From Candidatus Nanoarchaeia archaeon (GTDB lineage Archaea > Nanobdellota > Nanobdellia > WJKC01): a stretch of DNA of 64,000 nt. Under the pieces are notes generated by a model, which saw only the letters and a list, made by a program, of their open reading frames with translations, was not told where the DNA came from and did no database searches. Shown one piece after another: positions 9,132 to 17,937 of this stretch (position 1 is its first letter; each line of letters starts with the position of its first letter). The stretch lies in contig JBAZFG010000001.1 of assembly GCA_041653515.1 (NCBI GenBank), positions 74,332 through 138,331 on the forward strand. The letters run 5' to 3'. The translations under genes were made by a program, and so were the position numbers.

Positions 9132-10076
9132 ATGATTAACATAATAATATTAATCCTATCACTTAGTGTCTTAATGTTCTCAAGCGGCAAGGCTGTTAAG
9201 TACGTGATGAAATTATCAAGAATTTTTGGCATTAGCGAAATGTCAGCTGGTTTCATTATTTTATCAGTGGCCACTTCACTGCCTGAATTAGTTGTTTCAA
9301 TTAATGCTGCGATGATTGGTGAGGGCGCGCTCGCTGTAGGCAACGTTCTTGGTTCAAATATTGCTAATATTACTATCATCCTTGGTTTAGCAGTGATTAT
9401 TAGTCGTAAGCGAAAAATTGTTTTCACCAAAAAAGTGTTTGATAACTTGATTGAATTCCTTTTTATTTCATCATTAATCCCATTGTTTATCTTGCAGACA
9501 GGCCATGTTAGTCTTGTGCTTGGCATAGTGCTTATCTCACTTTTCATTTTCTTCAGCTTTAAGACCCCTACAAAAGTTAAAGGCATTGAGGGCATTCATG
9601 TCGTGTTTAAGAAAGATAAGATATTAGTTATAATAAAATTCGTGATTGCCGTAATAATAGTAATTATTTCATCTAACTTTGTGGTTGATAGTAGTGTTAA
9701 TATTGCTGCGTTATTTTCAATCCCACCATCAATTATTGGCGCAACAGTTATCGCTCTGGGCACGTCACTGCCTGAATTAACCACTACTGTTCAGGCATTT
9801 AGGAAAAGATTATATAACGTTGGTTTAGGCAATGTTATTGGCAGTTGTATTACTAACCTGACTCTGATTCTTGGCATTACTTCAATATTTAATAATGTTC
9901 AATTAAACATTGTGTCTTTTACTTCACTTACTTTGTTTGCGATAATGGCTTCAATGATTACTTGGTATTTTGTCAGCACTGGCCGTCGCTTGGATAAACG
10001 CGAAGCATTCTTACTAATTGGTCTTTACACAATATTTATATTGCAAGAGCTTGGTTTCTCTTTGTTTGTATTATGA
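9132..10076 (+). CDS. CaCA-family cation/Ca2+ exchanger (YrbG-like) membrane protein
   Basis: Two alpha-repeats (GNVLGSNIANITIILG; GTSLPELTTTV) and ~10 TM helices. Confidence 0.7.
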   Translation: MINIIILILSLSVLMFSSGKAVKYVMKLSRIFGISEMSAGFIILSVATSLPELVVSINAAMIGEGALAVGNVLGSNIANITIILGLAVIISRKRKIVFTKKVFDNLIEFLFISSLIPLFILQTGHVSLVLGIVLISLFIFFSFKTPTKVKGIEGIHVVFKKDKILVIIKFVIAVIIVIISSNFVVDSSVNIAALFSIPPSIIGATVIALGTSLPELTTTVQAFRKRLYNVGLGNVIGSCITNLTLILGITSIFNNVQLNIVSFTSLTLFAIMASMITWYFVSTGRRLDKREAFLLIGLYTIFILQELGFSLFVL

Positions 10077-10930
10077 AAATAGGTCGAGTTAAACTTAATA
10101 GTAATTTATTGTTGGCGCCAATGCTTGGTTTCACAAATAGTGCTTTTAGGCACTTATGTCATGATTACGGTGCTGGCTTAGTTACTACTCCGTTAATCAA
10201 TGAGAACGCTGTTCTGAATAACCCTTTAATTATTGACGCGGTTCCGGGCGAAGCGGTTCAATTAATTGGCAGTGACCCAATTAAATTATCAAGAGCAGCT
10301 GTTATTGCCCAGCCTCATTGTGATTTAATTGACCTTAATTTTGGTTGCCCTGCTACTCGCGAAGCCGTTTGTGGGGTTGGTGCTATCCTCTTGAAGAAAC
10401 CTGCTTTGATTAAAAAATTAGTTAGCAGTGTTGTCAAGTCAGTTGATTGCCCAGTGACTGCTAAGATTCGCCTTGGCTTTGATAAGATTAACGTGATTAA
10501 AGTCGCTAAAGCAATTGAGTTTGCTGGCGCGTCAGCCATCACTGTTCACGCCCGGCTTGCTAGTCAGGATTATTCAGTGCCTGCTGACTGGCCTTGGATT
10601 AAGCGAGTTAAGGAATCAATCAGTATCCCTGTTATTGGCAACGGCGACGTTAAAAATCAGGCTGACGCTAATCAGATGATTAGTGAAACTAACTGTGATG
10701 CTGTGATGATTGGCCGGGCTGCTATTGGTAACCCGTTCATCTTTAAAGGGGTTGAGCCATCAGTCAAGGATCGTCGCATTGCTTTTAAGAAATTAGTCAG
10801 TTATGATTGTCCAATGCAGGACTTGAAATTACAAGCACTAAATTTTGTTAAAGGACTGCCCGGTGCTGCGCGAATAAAACAATCAATAATGAAAGCAAGT
10901 AATGAAAAAGAATTAATCAATTTCTTATAA
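10073..10930 (+). CDS. dus: tRNA-dihydrouridine synthase (Dus family)
   Basis: LAPMLGFTNSAFRHL… DLNFGCP … TIM-barrel Dus motifs. Confidence 0.8.
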   Translation: MKIGRVKLNSNLLLAPMLGFTNSAFRHLCHDYGAGLVTTPLINENAVLNNPLIIDAVPGEAVQLIGSDPIKLSRAAVIAQPHCDLIDLNFGCPATREAVCGVGAILLKKPALIKKLVSSVVKSVDCPVTAKIRLGFDKINVIKVAKAIEFAGASAITVHARLASQDYSVPADWPWIKRVKESISIPVIGNGDVKNQADANQMISETNCDAVMIGRAAIGNPFIFKGVEPSVKDRRIAFKKLVSYDCPMQDLKLQALNFVKGLPGAARIKQSIMKASNEKELINFL

Positions 10931-10931
10931 C

Positions 10932-11051
10932 CCCAATTATCCTTGGGCTTGTGTTATCATCCCAAGGCGGGGGACAGATTCCCCCTCCTCTAGGCTACTC
11001 CGCCCCTTTCTGCTTAATTATCCCAATTATCCTTGGGCTCGTGTTATCATC
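10932..11051 (+). repeat. 30-bp direct repeat (10932-10961 / 11022-11051, 1 mismatch) flanking a 60-bp GC-rich hairpin insert that contains the gattccccctc core
   Basis: cccaattatccttgggctYgtgttatcatc occurs twice. The insert carries a GGGGGA-cagat-TCCCCC hairpin. DR1 begins 1 nt after the dus stop; DR2 plus the insert encode the C-terminus of the minus-strand gene. Confidence 0.7.
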
Positions 11052-11888
11052 ATATATTACTGATGGCCCAATCAATACTATTGTTTTTTCAAGCATTACT
11101 TTATCTTTTAATTCTGCTTGCCTTGATAGTAAACCGTTGATGACCATGAATTTTTTTAACTCGCCTTTGAAGAATCTTGATTTAATTATTTCACCACTCA
11201 ATTCTTTTGTTTCTTTTAGCTCGTTACTTAAGATTGAGCCTCGCTCTAAGTCCTTCACATCGCAGTTCTTGAGCGAGACCCCAACCCGCGCGGGCCAATT
11301 AATCTCTTTATAATCAACGTCCATTGATTGCATGCTGTTTAATTGGGCTGGCCTGCCACCAGGCAATAAAACAAATTTATCCTTAACCTTGATTGTCCCG
11401 CCTTTAGTGAAACCAAGCGCTACTGTGCCAACATTCTTGATGTTAAAGAAGTGGTCAATGATGATTAATGGTTCATTTCCATACACTGGCTCAATCATCA
11501 GTAAATCATCTTTTAATTGTTTGATGTCATCATTATTGTTTATTATTCTAAAGTTATAATCAAGGCCAAAACTCTTGACTTGCTCAACTAAGTGTTGCTT
11601 GTCTAGCGGCACAATGAAACAGCCTTTCTTGCCCAGCAAGTCCAATAGTATTATTATCTCGCCAAAGAATTTGTCAACAGCGCTTAACTCAACCACGACG
11701 TAGTCAGTCATGTTAACTGCCTGAATCAGGGTCTTGATTTTTTCCGGAAAACCAATCGGCCTAACAATTGTTAGCACTGAATCAGTTTTCTTATAATGAA
11801 GAAATTCAAGGTCACTAACTGTTGCTTTATTGCCAAGCATTTTAGCTGTCTCGTCACTACCAATAAAACAAGCGCAAACATTTTTCAT
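10995..11888 (-). CDS. EF-Tu/aIF2-gamma-fold protein with degenerate (non-canonical) GTP-binding motifs
   Basis: Domain order is collinear with translational GTPases (G-like domain, beta-barrel domain II GTVALGFTKGGTIKV…, domain III). However, the P-loop GHVDHGKT is replaced by GSDETAKM and no NKxD is present. Confidence 0.5.
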   Translation of the reverse strand: MKNVCACFIGSDETAKMLGNKATVSDLEFLHYKKTDSVLTIVRPIGFPEKIKTLIQAVNMTDYVVVELSAVDKFFGEIIILLDLLGKKGCFIVPLDKQHLVEQVKSFGLDYNFRIINNNDDIKQLKDDLLMIEPVYGNEPLIIIDHFFNIKNVGTVALGFTKGGTIKVKDKFVLLPGGRPAQLNSMQSMDVDYKEINWPARVGVSLKNCDVKDLERGSILSNELKETKELSGEIIKSRFFKGELKKFMVINGLLSRQAELKDKVMLEKTIVLIGPSVIYDDNTSPRIIGIIKQKGAE

Positions 11889-11890
11889 AA

Positions 11891-12895
11891 TTAATTCAAT
11901 AATTCCTTCTTTTTTAATCTATTCTTAGCAAGCCAGTAGAAAGCGTAAGTCAATGGGAATGACAGTGTTAGGGCGAGCCATTCAGGCAGTGAGTTATTAG
12001 CGAATAAGTAAACCCATTTGAGCAGTAATAAATTATGGCTTAAGTAAAGGAATAATGATGATAAGCCTGCTATTGTTAATGCTTTGGTGAATCCTTTCTT
12101 CTTGTTATAAGCCATTAATATTAATGAGAAAGTTACCATACAAGCGCCGATGCCATAAAGAGTTAAGCTCATGTTCTTGCCATAATAATCAATTGGCATT
12201 ACAGTGAAGTTAATCACCAACGAAGCGATTAGTATTATTGAGCTGATTAATAACAATTTATTAACCCTCATTTTTCTCGTTGCCTTGTAGAATAATACTC
12301 CAGCAAACATTAATGGCAGTAAATTATAAACCGAAAACCAACCCCTATAAAGTGCGTTAACAAAAACACTACCCAGCATTAAACTAATATTATTAAGCGG
12401 TGGGTGATAAGGGAATAATTCGCCGAGCGGCTGGATTAACAATAAAAAATGCCTTGTTATTGTCAATAATGGAATGCTTAATAATAATTCATAATCCTTT
12501 GGCTTCCAGCAGAGTATTATTAAAGCTGTTATCATAGCTGATAAACCAATGCCTTGTATTGCTTCATTCCACTCTAAGTAAGTGCTAAAACCCCACATAA
12601 AAGTTGTAAACGGGATACTGATTAGTAAGTACTTGCCGTAAGTCCATAACACTTTCCTGATAACATTAGCTTTAGTGTCTTTTTTTAATTTATTCTTTAT
12701 CATTAAGTAAACGCTCATGCCTGTCACGAAACTAAATAATATTGAAGGGGGCAGTGGCGTTACTGTGTGGATTGCTTCAATAAAGAACGGCGGGTCAGTG
12801 TAAATACTTGAGTAAGCCAGTGAGTCATAGATTTGTATGAAAACCATTATTAGTAATGTTAAGCCCCTAAAACCATCAACGTAATCAACCCTCAA
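11891..12895 (-). CDS. acyltransferase family 3 (OatA-like) integral membrane protein
   Basis: N-terminal RVDYVDGFRGLTLLIMVF signature of acyltransferase_3 and ~10 TM helices. Confidence 0.6.
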   Translation of the reverse strand: MRVDYVDGFRGLTLLIMVFIQIYDSLAYSSIYTDPPFFIEAIHTVTPLPPSILFSFVTGMSVYLMIKNKLKKDTKANVIRKVLWTYGKYLLISIPFTTFMWGFSTYLEWNEAIQGIGLSAMITALIILCWKPKDYELLLSIPLLTITRHFLLLIQPLGELFPYHPPLNNISLMLGSVFVNALYRGWFSVYNLLPLMFAGVLFYKATRKMRVNKLLLISSIILIASLVINFTVMPIDYYGKNMSLTLYGIGACMVTFSLILMAYNKKKGFTKALTIAGLSSLFLYLSHNLLLLKWVYLFANNSLPEWLALTLSFPLTYAFYWLAKNRLKKKELLN

Positions 12896-13560
12896 TTAAC
12901 ATCCCTCACAGTCATTACTTTGGCGCCTGACCCCTTGATTACTTCAAGTACTTGCCTTAACTCGTCTGGTGTTATGTCAATTAATCCTCTAGGATTGTTA
13001 GTCACTCCATGAATAGTGACTGCGACCCATCCATCCTCTTTAAGCCAATCCTTAAGCCAATTAATTCTTTGCTCGAAGCGGTCATGAACAATAATTAACG
13101 CCTTAACATTAAAATCACTTTTATCATTAACTCCTTGTAAGACTAAGCGCGCAGAAGTAAAGTAATCCCTTACTATTGATTCCTTATCAATTCCCTCACC
13201 GTAAGGGTATGCAAAACTATCAGCATTAATTATTCGCTCGCAATCAATTAATTCCTGCCTGAACGCATCATCACTAACACTTGAAGCATTAATATGCGTC
13301 ATTGTATGGCAACCAATCTCATGGCCCCTTGATTGTAAATTAACTATTTGTTCCCAACTCATTAACGCATAACCCTCAAATTCATTGAGCCCTGGGCAGA
13401 TATAAAAAGTGCCTTTGTAATCATATTCATCAAGTATTAATGACGCGTTGTATTGTGATTCAAGCCCGTCATCAAAAGTAATTGAAACAATAGACTCACT
13501 AGGTGGGATTAATAAGACAATTAATAACAAGCCTGTTATTGATGTTAATAATAATTTCAT
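12892..13560 (-). CDS. polysaccharide deacetylase (NodB/CE4) with signal peptide
   Basis: ITFDDGLESQY … HTMTH NodB motifs; 4-nt overlap with the acyltransferase gene. Confidence 0.8.
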   Translation of the reverse strand: MKLLLTSITGLLLIVLLIPPSESIVSITFDDGLESQYNASLILDEYDYKGTFYICPGLNEFEGYALMSWEQIVNLQSRGHEIGCHTMTHINASSVSDDAFRQELIDCERIINADSFAYPYGEGIDKESIVRDYFTSARLVLQGVNDKSDFNVKALIIVHDRFEQRINWLKDWLKEDGWVAVTIHGVTNNPRGLIDITPDELRQVLEVIKGSGAKVMTVRDVN

Positions 13561-13629
13561 TCTTTAGTTTACTCAGATTTTTTGATTAATAAAAGTTGTT
13601 ATAAACAACTATTTCTTATTGTTAATTTA

Positions 13630-15618
13630 ATGATTAATACTATTATTAAGCGTGACGGCACACCAATGCCTTTTGATTCATTAAGGATTACTAACGCAAT
13701 CATTAAAGCCATGAATAGTGTTGGTCGCGTTAATGACTCGCTCGCGCTTAAAGTAACCCGCGACGTTATTAATAAATTAAAAAATAAGTCTAATGTTGAT
13801 GAAGTGCTTGACGTGATTGAGTTAGTGCTTAAAATTAATGATTCCATATCAGCTCAATCATTAAGTCTTTACCGAGCGCGCCGTTCACTGGCTCGTGAAT
13901 TCGCAAAATCAGCAGGCATTAAGGATGACTTAAAGTTAAGCCTTAATTCACTCAAAGTTATTGCTAGCCGTTATTTATTAAGAGATAAGACTGGCAGTAT
14001 AATTGAGTCAACGAGCGAGATGTTCCGCCGGGTCGCCAGGTCAGTCGCTGTTGCTGAAAAACAATATGGCGGTGATGCCCGCGCGTTGGAAGAAGAGTTT
14101 TATAATTTAATGATTAAACTTGAGTTCTTGCCTAATAGCCCAACTATCATGAATGCTGGCACGTCAATTAACCAATTGAGCGCTTGTTATGTCCTGCCAG
14201 TTAATGACTCGCTTGACAGTATTTTCTCAACTTTAAAGGATGCAGTCCTTATTCATCATAGTGGTGGTGGGGTTGGTTTTAATTTCTCTCATCTAAGACC
14301 AAATGGTGATGCTGTTAGCAGTACTAGCGGAGTTGCTTCAGGCCCAGTTAGTTTTATTAGAATTTATGATATGGCGACTAGCATTATTAAGCAAGGTGGC
14401 CGCCGTAGGGGCGCTAATATGGCTGTGCTTAACCATAATCACCCTGATATTATAGAATTCATTAATGCTAAGAAGAATGGTGGGTTCATTAATTTTAATT
14501 TCTCTGTGAGCGTGACTGACTCTTTTATTCGTAAAGTGATTAAAGGGGGTGATTACTGGCTTGTTAATCCAAAGGATAATAGTCATGTTAAGAAAGTTAG
14601 TGCGCAGAAAGTGTTTAATCAATTATGCGCCAACGCTTGGACTAATGGGGAGCCAGGTTTATTATTCATTGATGAGATTAATCATCATCACCCATTAAAA
14701 GAATTGGTTGATTGCACTAACCCTTGCGGTGAACAACCATTATTACCTTATGAGTCATGCAATCTTGGCAGTATTAATTTATCAAAAATGATTGTTAACA
14801 ATGATGTTGATTGGGCGCGGCTTAATCGCGTGACTCGTCTGGGTGTTAGGTTCCTTGATGATGTGTTAACAATTAATGAATTCCCTGTTAAGCTTGTGAA
14901 AGATTTAACAATGGCTAACCGCAAGATTGGTCTTGGGGTAATGGGTTTTGCTGATTTATTAATCAAGTTAGGCATACCTTATGATTCTAAGGAATCGCTT
15001 AAGTTAGCAGGTCAGTTAATGAAATTCATTAATGATAAAGCTCATGATGAGTCAATGCGTCTTGGGTTAAAGCGCGGCTCGTTTACTAATTTTAAGAAAA
15101 GCAGGTTATCCCGCAAGTATAAAGCTATGCGCAATGCTACCCTGACTACTATTGCCCCTACTGGTAGTATTAGTTTGATGGCTGATTGCAGTTCAAGCAT
15201 TGAACCATTGTTTGCAGTAGCGTTTTATCATTCAGTGCTTGATGGTGATAAGTTATTAAATGTTAATCATTACTTTGAGAATGAATTAGTTAAGCAGGGC
15301 TTGTACTCTAATAAATTAATCAATAATGTTGTTAATAATAAGATTGAATTACCAGCTCATATTAAGCGTGTTTTTAGGACTGCTTTAGATATTAAGCCTG
15401 AGTGGCACGTTCGGTTGCAAGCCATGTTCCAGAAATATGTTGATAACGCTGTGTCAAAAACAGTTAACTTACCTCATGAAGCAACAATTAATGATGTGAT
15501 GAAAGTATTCCTTCTTGCTTACAAGCTTAATTGTAAAGGCATAACTGTTTATCGGTATGGTAGTCGTGATAATCAAGTACTAACTATTGGTTCCTGCCCG
15601 ACTGGTTCTTGTGATTAA
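13630..15618 (+). CDS. nrdJ: adenosylcobalamin-dependent ribonucleotide reductase, class II (NrdJ) with N-terminal ATP-cone
   Basis: ATP-cone IIKRDGTPMPFD…; active-site CGEQPLLPYESCNLGSINL; C-terminal CPTGSCD. The ORF track starts at 13582, but the in-frame ATG at 13630 (MINTIIKRDG) gives the typical ATP-cone N-terminus. Confidence 0.85.
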   Translation: MINTIIKRDGTPMPFDSLRITNAIIKAMNSVGRVNDSLALKVTRDVINKLKNKSNVDEVLDVIELVLKINDSISAQSLSLYRARRSLAREFAKSAGIKDDLKLSLNSLKVIASRYLLRDKTGSIIESTSEMFRRVARSVAVAEKQYGGDARALEEEFYNLMIKLEFLPNSPTIMNAGTSINQLSACYVLPVNDSLDSIFSTLKDAVLIHHSGGGVGFNFSHLRPNGDAVSSTSGVASGPVSFIRIYDMATSIIKQGGRRRGANMAVLNHNHPDIIEFINAKKNGGFINFNFSVSVTDSFIRKVIKGGDYWLVNPKDNSHVKKVSAQKVFNQLCANAWTNGEPGLLFIDEINHHHPLKELVDCTNPCGEQPLLPYESCNLGSINLSKMIVNNDVDWARLNRVTRLGVRFLDDVLTINEFPVKLVKDLTMANRKIGLGVMGFADLLIKLGIPYDSKESLKLAGQLMKFINDKAHDESMRLGLKRGSFTNFKKSRLSRKYKAMRNATLTTIAPTGSISLMADCSSSIEPLFAVAFYHSVLDGDKLLNVNHYFENELVKQGLYSNKLINNVVNNKIELPAHIKRVFRTALDIKPEWHVRLQAMFQKYVDNAVSKTVNLPHEATINDVMKVFLLAYKLNCKGITVYRYGSRDNQVLTIGSCPTGSCD

Positions 15619-15825
15619 ATATGAGACGACTACGATAAACCAATAAATGATATAATAATAAATGGTGGAGACTGTTACGACTACACATTATTTTATGAAA
15701 ACTTAACAAAAGAATTAGGTTATAATACCACAAGAGTAGACTTACACTTCACAAATAACACACACAGACTATTAATCATCTATGACAAGACAAGCTATTG
15801 CACACTAGACTTAATAAACAAACCA

Positions 15826-16059
15826 TTATGCTACGAAAATGGAAAGTAAATAAACAATTACTATTATTAAAAATACAATAAATACAACTTTTTTAGGACC
15901 ATAAATTTTTAATTTTTCACCTATTTTTATTAATAACTTATCATCTTTCTTTTTTTGCGATACTCTTTTTGAATTAATCTTAGTATTAACACTCATTACA
16001 CCTTTCTTAACTATGCCTGCTGTTTGATTTGTACCTTTTTGAATTATACTATCGCCCAT
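15826..16059 (-). CDS. small membrane protein (77 aa)
   Basis: Single C-terminal TM helix; first gene of a minus-strand cluster. Confidence 0.35.
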   Translation of the reverse strand: MGDSIIQKGTNQTAGIVKKGVMSVNTKINSKRVSQKKKDDKLLIKIGEKLKIYGPKKVVFIVFLIIVIVYLLSIFVA

Positions 16060-16061
16060 AA

Positions 16062-16271
16062 TTATCCTCTTCTAACTTCCTTTAAGAATTCCTCAAAATT
16101 GAAATAATATTTTTTCTTACCCTTCTTGTTCCAATCAACTAGACCTTTTTCCTCCCAATTTTGCAATATTCTATTTACCATTTGTCGCGTTATTCCTAAT
16201 TCTGATGCTAGTTCATCAAGGTCTTTTTTACCCTTACATAAATTAAACTCGTCCCACGTGTTAAAATTCAT
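16062..16271 (-). CDS. small helix-turn-helix DNA-binding protein (69 aa)
   Basis: LASELGITRQMVNRIL HTH segment. Confidence 0.5.
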   Translation of the reverse strand: MNFNTWDEFNLCKGKKDLDELASELGITRQMVNRILQNWEEKGLVDWNKKGKKKYYFNFEEFLKEVRRG

Positions 16272-16277
16272 AAAACA

Positions 16278-17204
16278 TTATTTAATATTATACTCAAAAA
16301 GATAATCATTCCAATTACTATCATAACCTAACTCAAAAACTAATCTAGCAGAATTTAAATCCTTAGGGACTTCTTCAAATAAAACATAACCTTCTTGCTT
16401 AGTATTTTGGTACATATTTTTCCATGTATCTAGTGTTCCACCATAAGATTTTTCATATTGATTACCTTCTAAATCAAGAATAGCCATATTAGAAGGTGAA
16501 AAATAATCACTTTCAGAACCTATATTTTTTACAAAAAAATCAACTCTAAAGTATTCTTCAATAGTGAAATATGAACTTGTCTTAAAGAAACCAAAACTTT
16601 TTAATGTTACTTGAAAATTTCCTTTTGAAATAGTTTGATTAAAAATTGTTTTATTACTTTCATATTCTTCTTCGTATATTTGTTCTATCTCTTCATCAGT
16701 AAAAGAAGGAATTGAAACAAAACTATTATTAGCATTAAGATTCTTGCCATTAGAAGCTAAAAAAGTTATTTCAGCTTTACCATAAGTTGAAAATCCTTTT
16801 TCAATATCACTTTTTTGGACTCTCCATTCAAAAGCCTTGCCTATACTTTGTCCAGTTAATACAATCTGATAATCAACGAATTGAGAAGCAGTTACTGAAA
16901 ATGAATCTTCATAAAGCAAATTATTAAGGTTATCAAAAACTTTAAAGTTTAATTGACCATTAGCGGGTATTTTATTACCAGAAGCATCTTGCAACTGAAA
17001 ATAGAATCTTATTAAATCTGTTTCGTCAGCAGATGAAAAATCTATAATAGTAACTGGATTATACCTTGAATTAGTAACTGTTTGAGTAGTAGATTCTTGA
17101 TTATCAGGCAAATTATTAACAACACTATTACCAGTAGTGCCTGTGCAACCAGCAATAACTAACAAACCAAGTAAGCATAAAGAGGCTATGAGCTTATTAT
17201 TCAT
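16278..17204 (-). CDS. secreted lipoprotein-like protein (308 aa)
   Basis: Signal peptide with lipobox-like LVIAGC. Confidence 0.5.
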   Translation of the reverse strand: MNNKLIASLCLLGLLVIAGCTGTTGNSVVNNLPDNQESTTQTVTNSRYNPVTIIDFSSADETDLIRFYFQLQDASGNKIPANGQLNFKVFDNLNNLLYEDSFSVTASQFVDYQIVLTGQSIGKAFEWRVQKSDIEKGFSTYGKAEITFLASNGKNLNANNSFVSIPSFTDEEIEQIYEEEYESNKTIFNQTISKGNFQVTLKSFGFFKTSSYFTIEEYFRVDFFVKNIGSESDYFSPSNMAILDLEGNQYEKSYGGTLDTWKNMYQNTKQEGYVLFEEVPKDLNSARLVFELGYDSNWNDYLFEYNIK

Positions 17205-17363
17205 AAATAAGATATTAAATCATTATCTTTATTAAGCTTTTGTAAACTAAAAATTAATCATTCTATGGGTTTTATTTCTCAAATTAAGGTCTTGGTAATT
17301 CTTAGCTGGTAAATATTAGTCAGTTAAGAATAGCTGATAGTTTAATTATTGATTTTAAGATAT

Positions 17364-17765
17364 TTAAGTTATTTTCTTAAATTCCTCAATCCTTTTTGAA
17401 TGTTCAATTTCCCAGTCTTTATCAGACTCATTAGGCTTATAGCATTCTATAAATTCAATATTATTACTTATTGTTCTTAATAATTCTCTTGCTTTTTTTG
17501 TTGGGTGCGAAGCACATATGATTACATCACATCCTTTTTCTTTTAATGGAATTAAATATTTCTTTAGCCAAGCAGGAGCGTCTCCAACGCTACAAATCCC
17601 TATTATTTTTCCATTATGGATAAAACTTAAACAAAAATCTTTTCTTATTTTTGGTCTCAAAACACAAATACTTGATTTAAAATATTCTTCCAGAATTTTT
17701 TTTATTGTCGTGCTTTTACCAATTTTTGCTTTACCTTCAAAACAGATTATTTTAGGGTTATCCAT
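17364..17765 (-). CDS. mini P-loop NTPase / NMP-kinase-like protein (133 aa)
   Basis: Walker A GKAKIGKST right after the start MDNPKIICFEG. The ORF-track N-terminal extension (MLLNLVLI x3) is read-through of the tandem repeat and is rejected. Confidence 0.5.
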   Translation of the reverse strand: MDNPKIICFEGKAKIGKSTTIKKILEEYFKSSICVLRPKIRKDFCLSFIHNGKIIGICSVGDAPAWLKKYLIPLKEKGCDVIICASHPTKKARELLRTISNNIEFIECYKPNESDKDWEIEHSKRIEEFKKIT

Positions 17766-17790
17766 AAATAAATCAATAAAATCACTTTTT

Positions 17791-17886
17791 AAAAGCATTA
17801 TTAATACTAAATTTAAAAGCATTATTAATACTAAATTTAAAAGCATTATTAATACTAAATTTAAAAGCATTATTAATACTAAAAAA
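17791..17886. repeat. 24-bp tandem repeat, ~3.75 copies (aaaagcattattaatactaaattt), immediately upstream of the P-loop gene
   Basis: Perfect head-to-tail copies at 17791, 17815 and 17839, with a partial copy at 17863. Confidence 0.9.
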
Positions 17887-17937
17887 ACATTTCTTTTATA
17901 CTTCGTATGATGTTACTATAATAAATAGCTCCAAAAG

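Noticed and set aside
10951-11313. 120-aa plus-strand ORF (MLSSQGGGQIPPPLGY…)
   Set aside because: It is the GC-rich insert and the antisense strand of the EF-Tu-like gene read in another frame. It has low-complexity translation.
13630-15618. Intein within nrdJ
   Set aside because: At 662-678 aa the protein is the normal size for class II RNR with an ATP-cone. No extra insertion or Hint-like block was seen.
17766-17870. N-terminal MLLNLVLI x3 extension of the P-loop ORF
   Set aside because: It is an artefact of translating through the tandem repeat. The Walker A motif follows the internal Met at 17765 directly.
17791-17886. Possible CRISPR array
   Set aside because: The repeats are contiguous with no spacers and there are no cas genes nearby, so this is a simple tandem repeat.
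17518-17910. 130-aa plus-strand ORF with KSIINTKF repeats
   Set aside because: Its repetitive C-terminus is simply the 24-bp tandem repeat read in another frame, and it overlaps the better-supported minus-strand P-loop gene.
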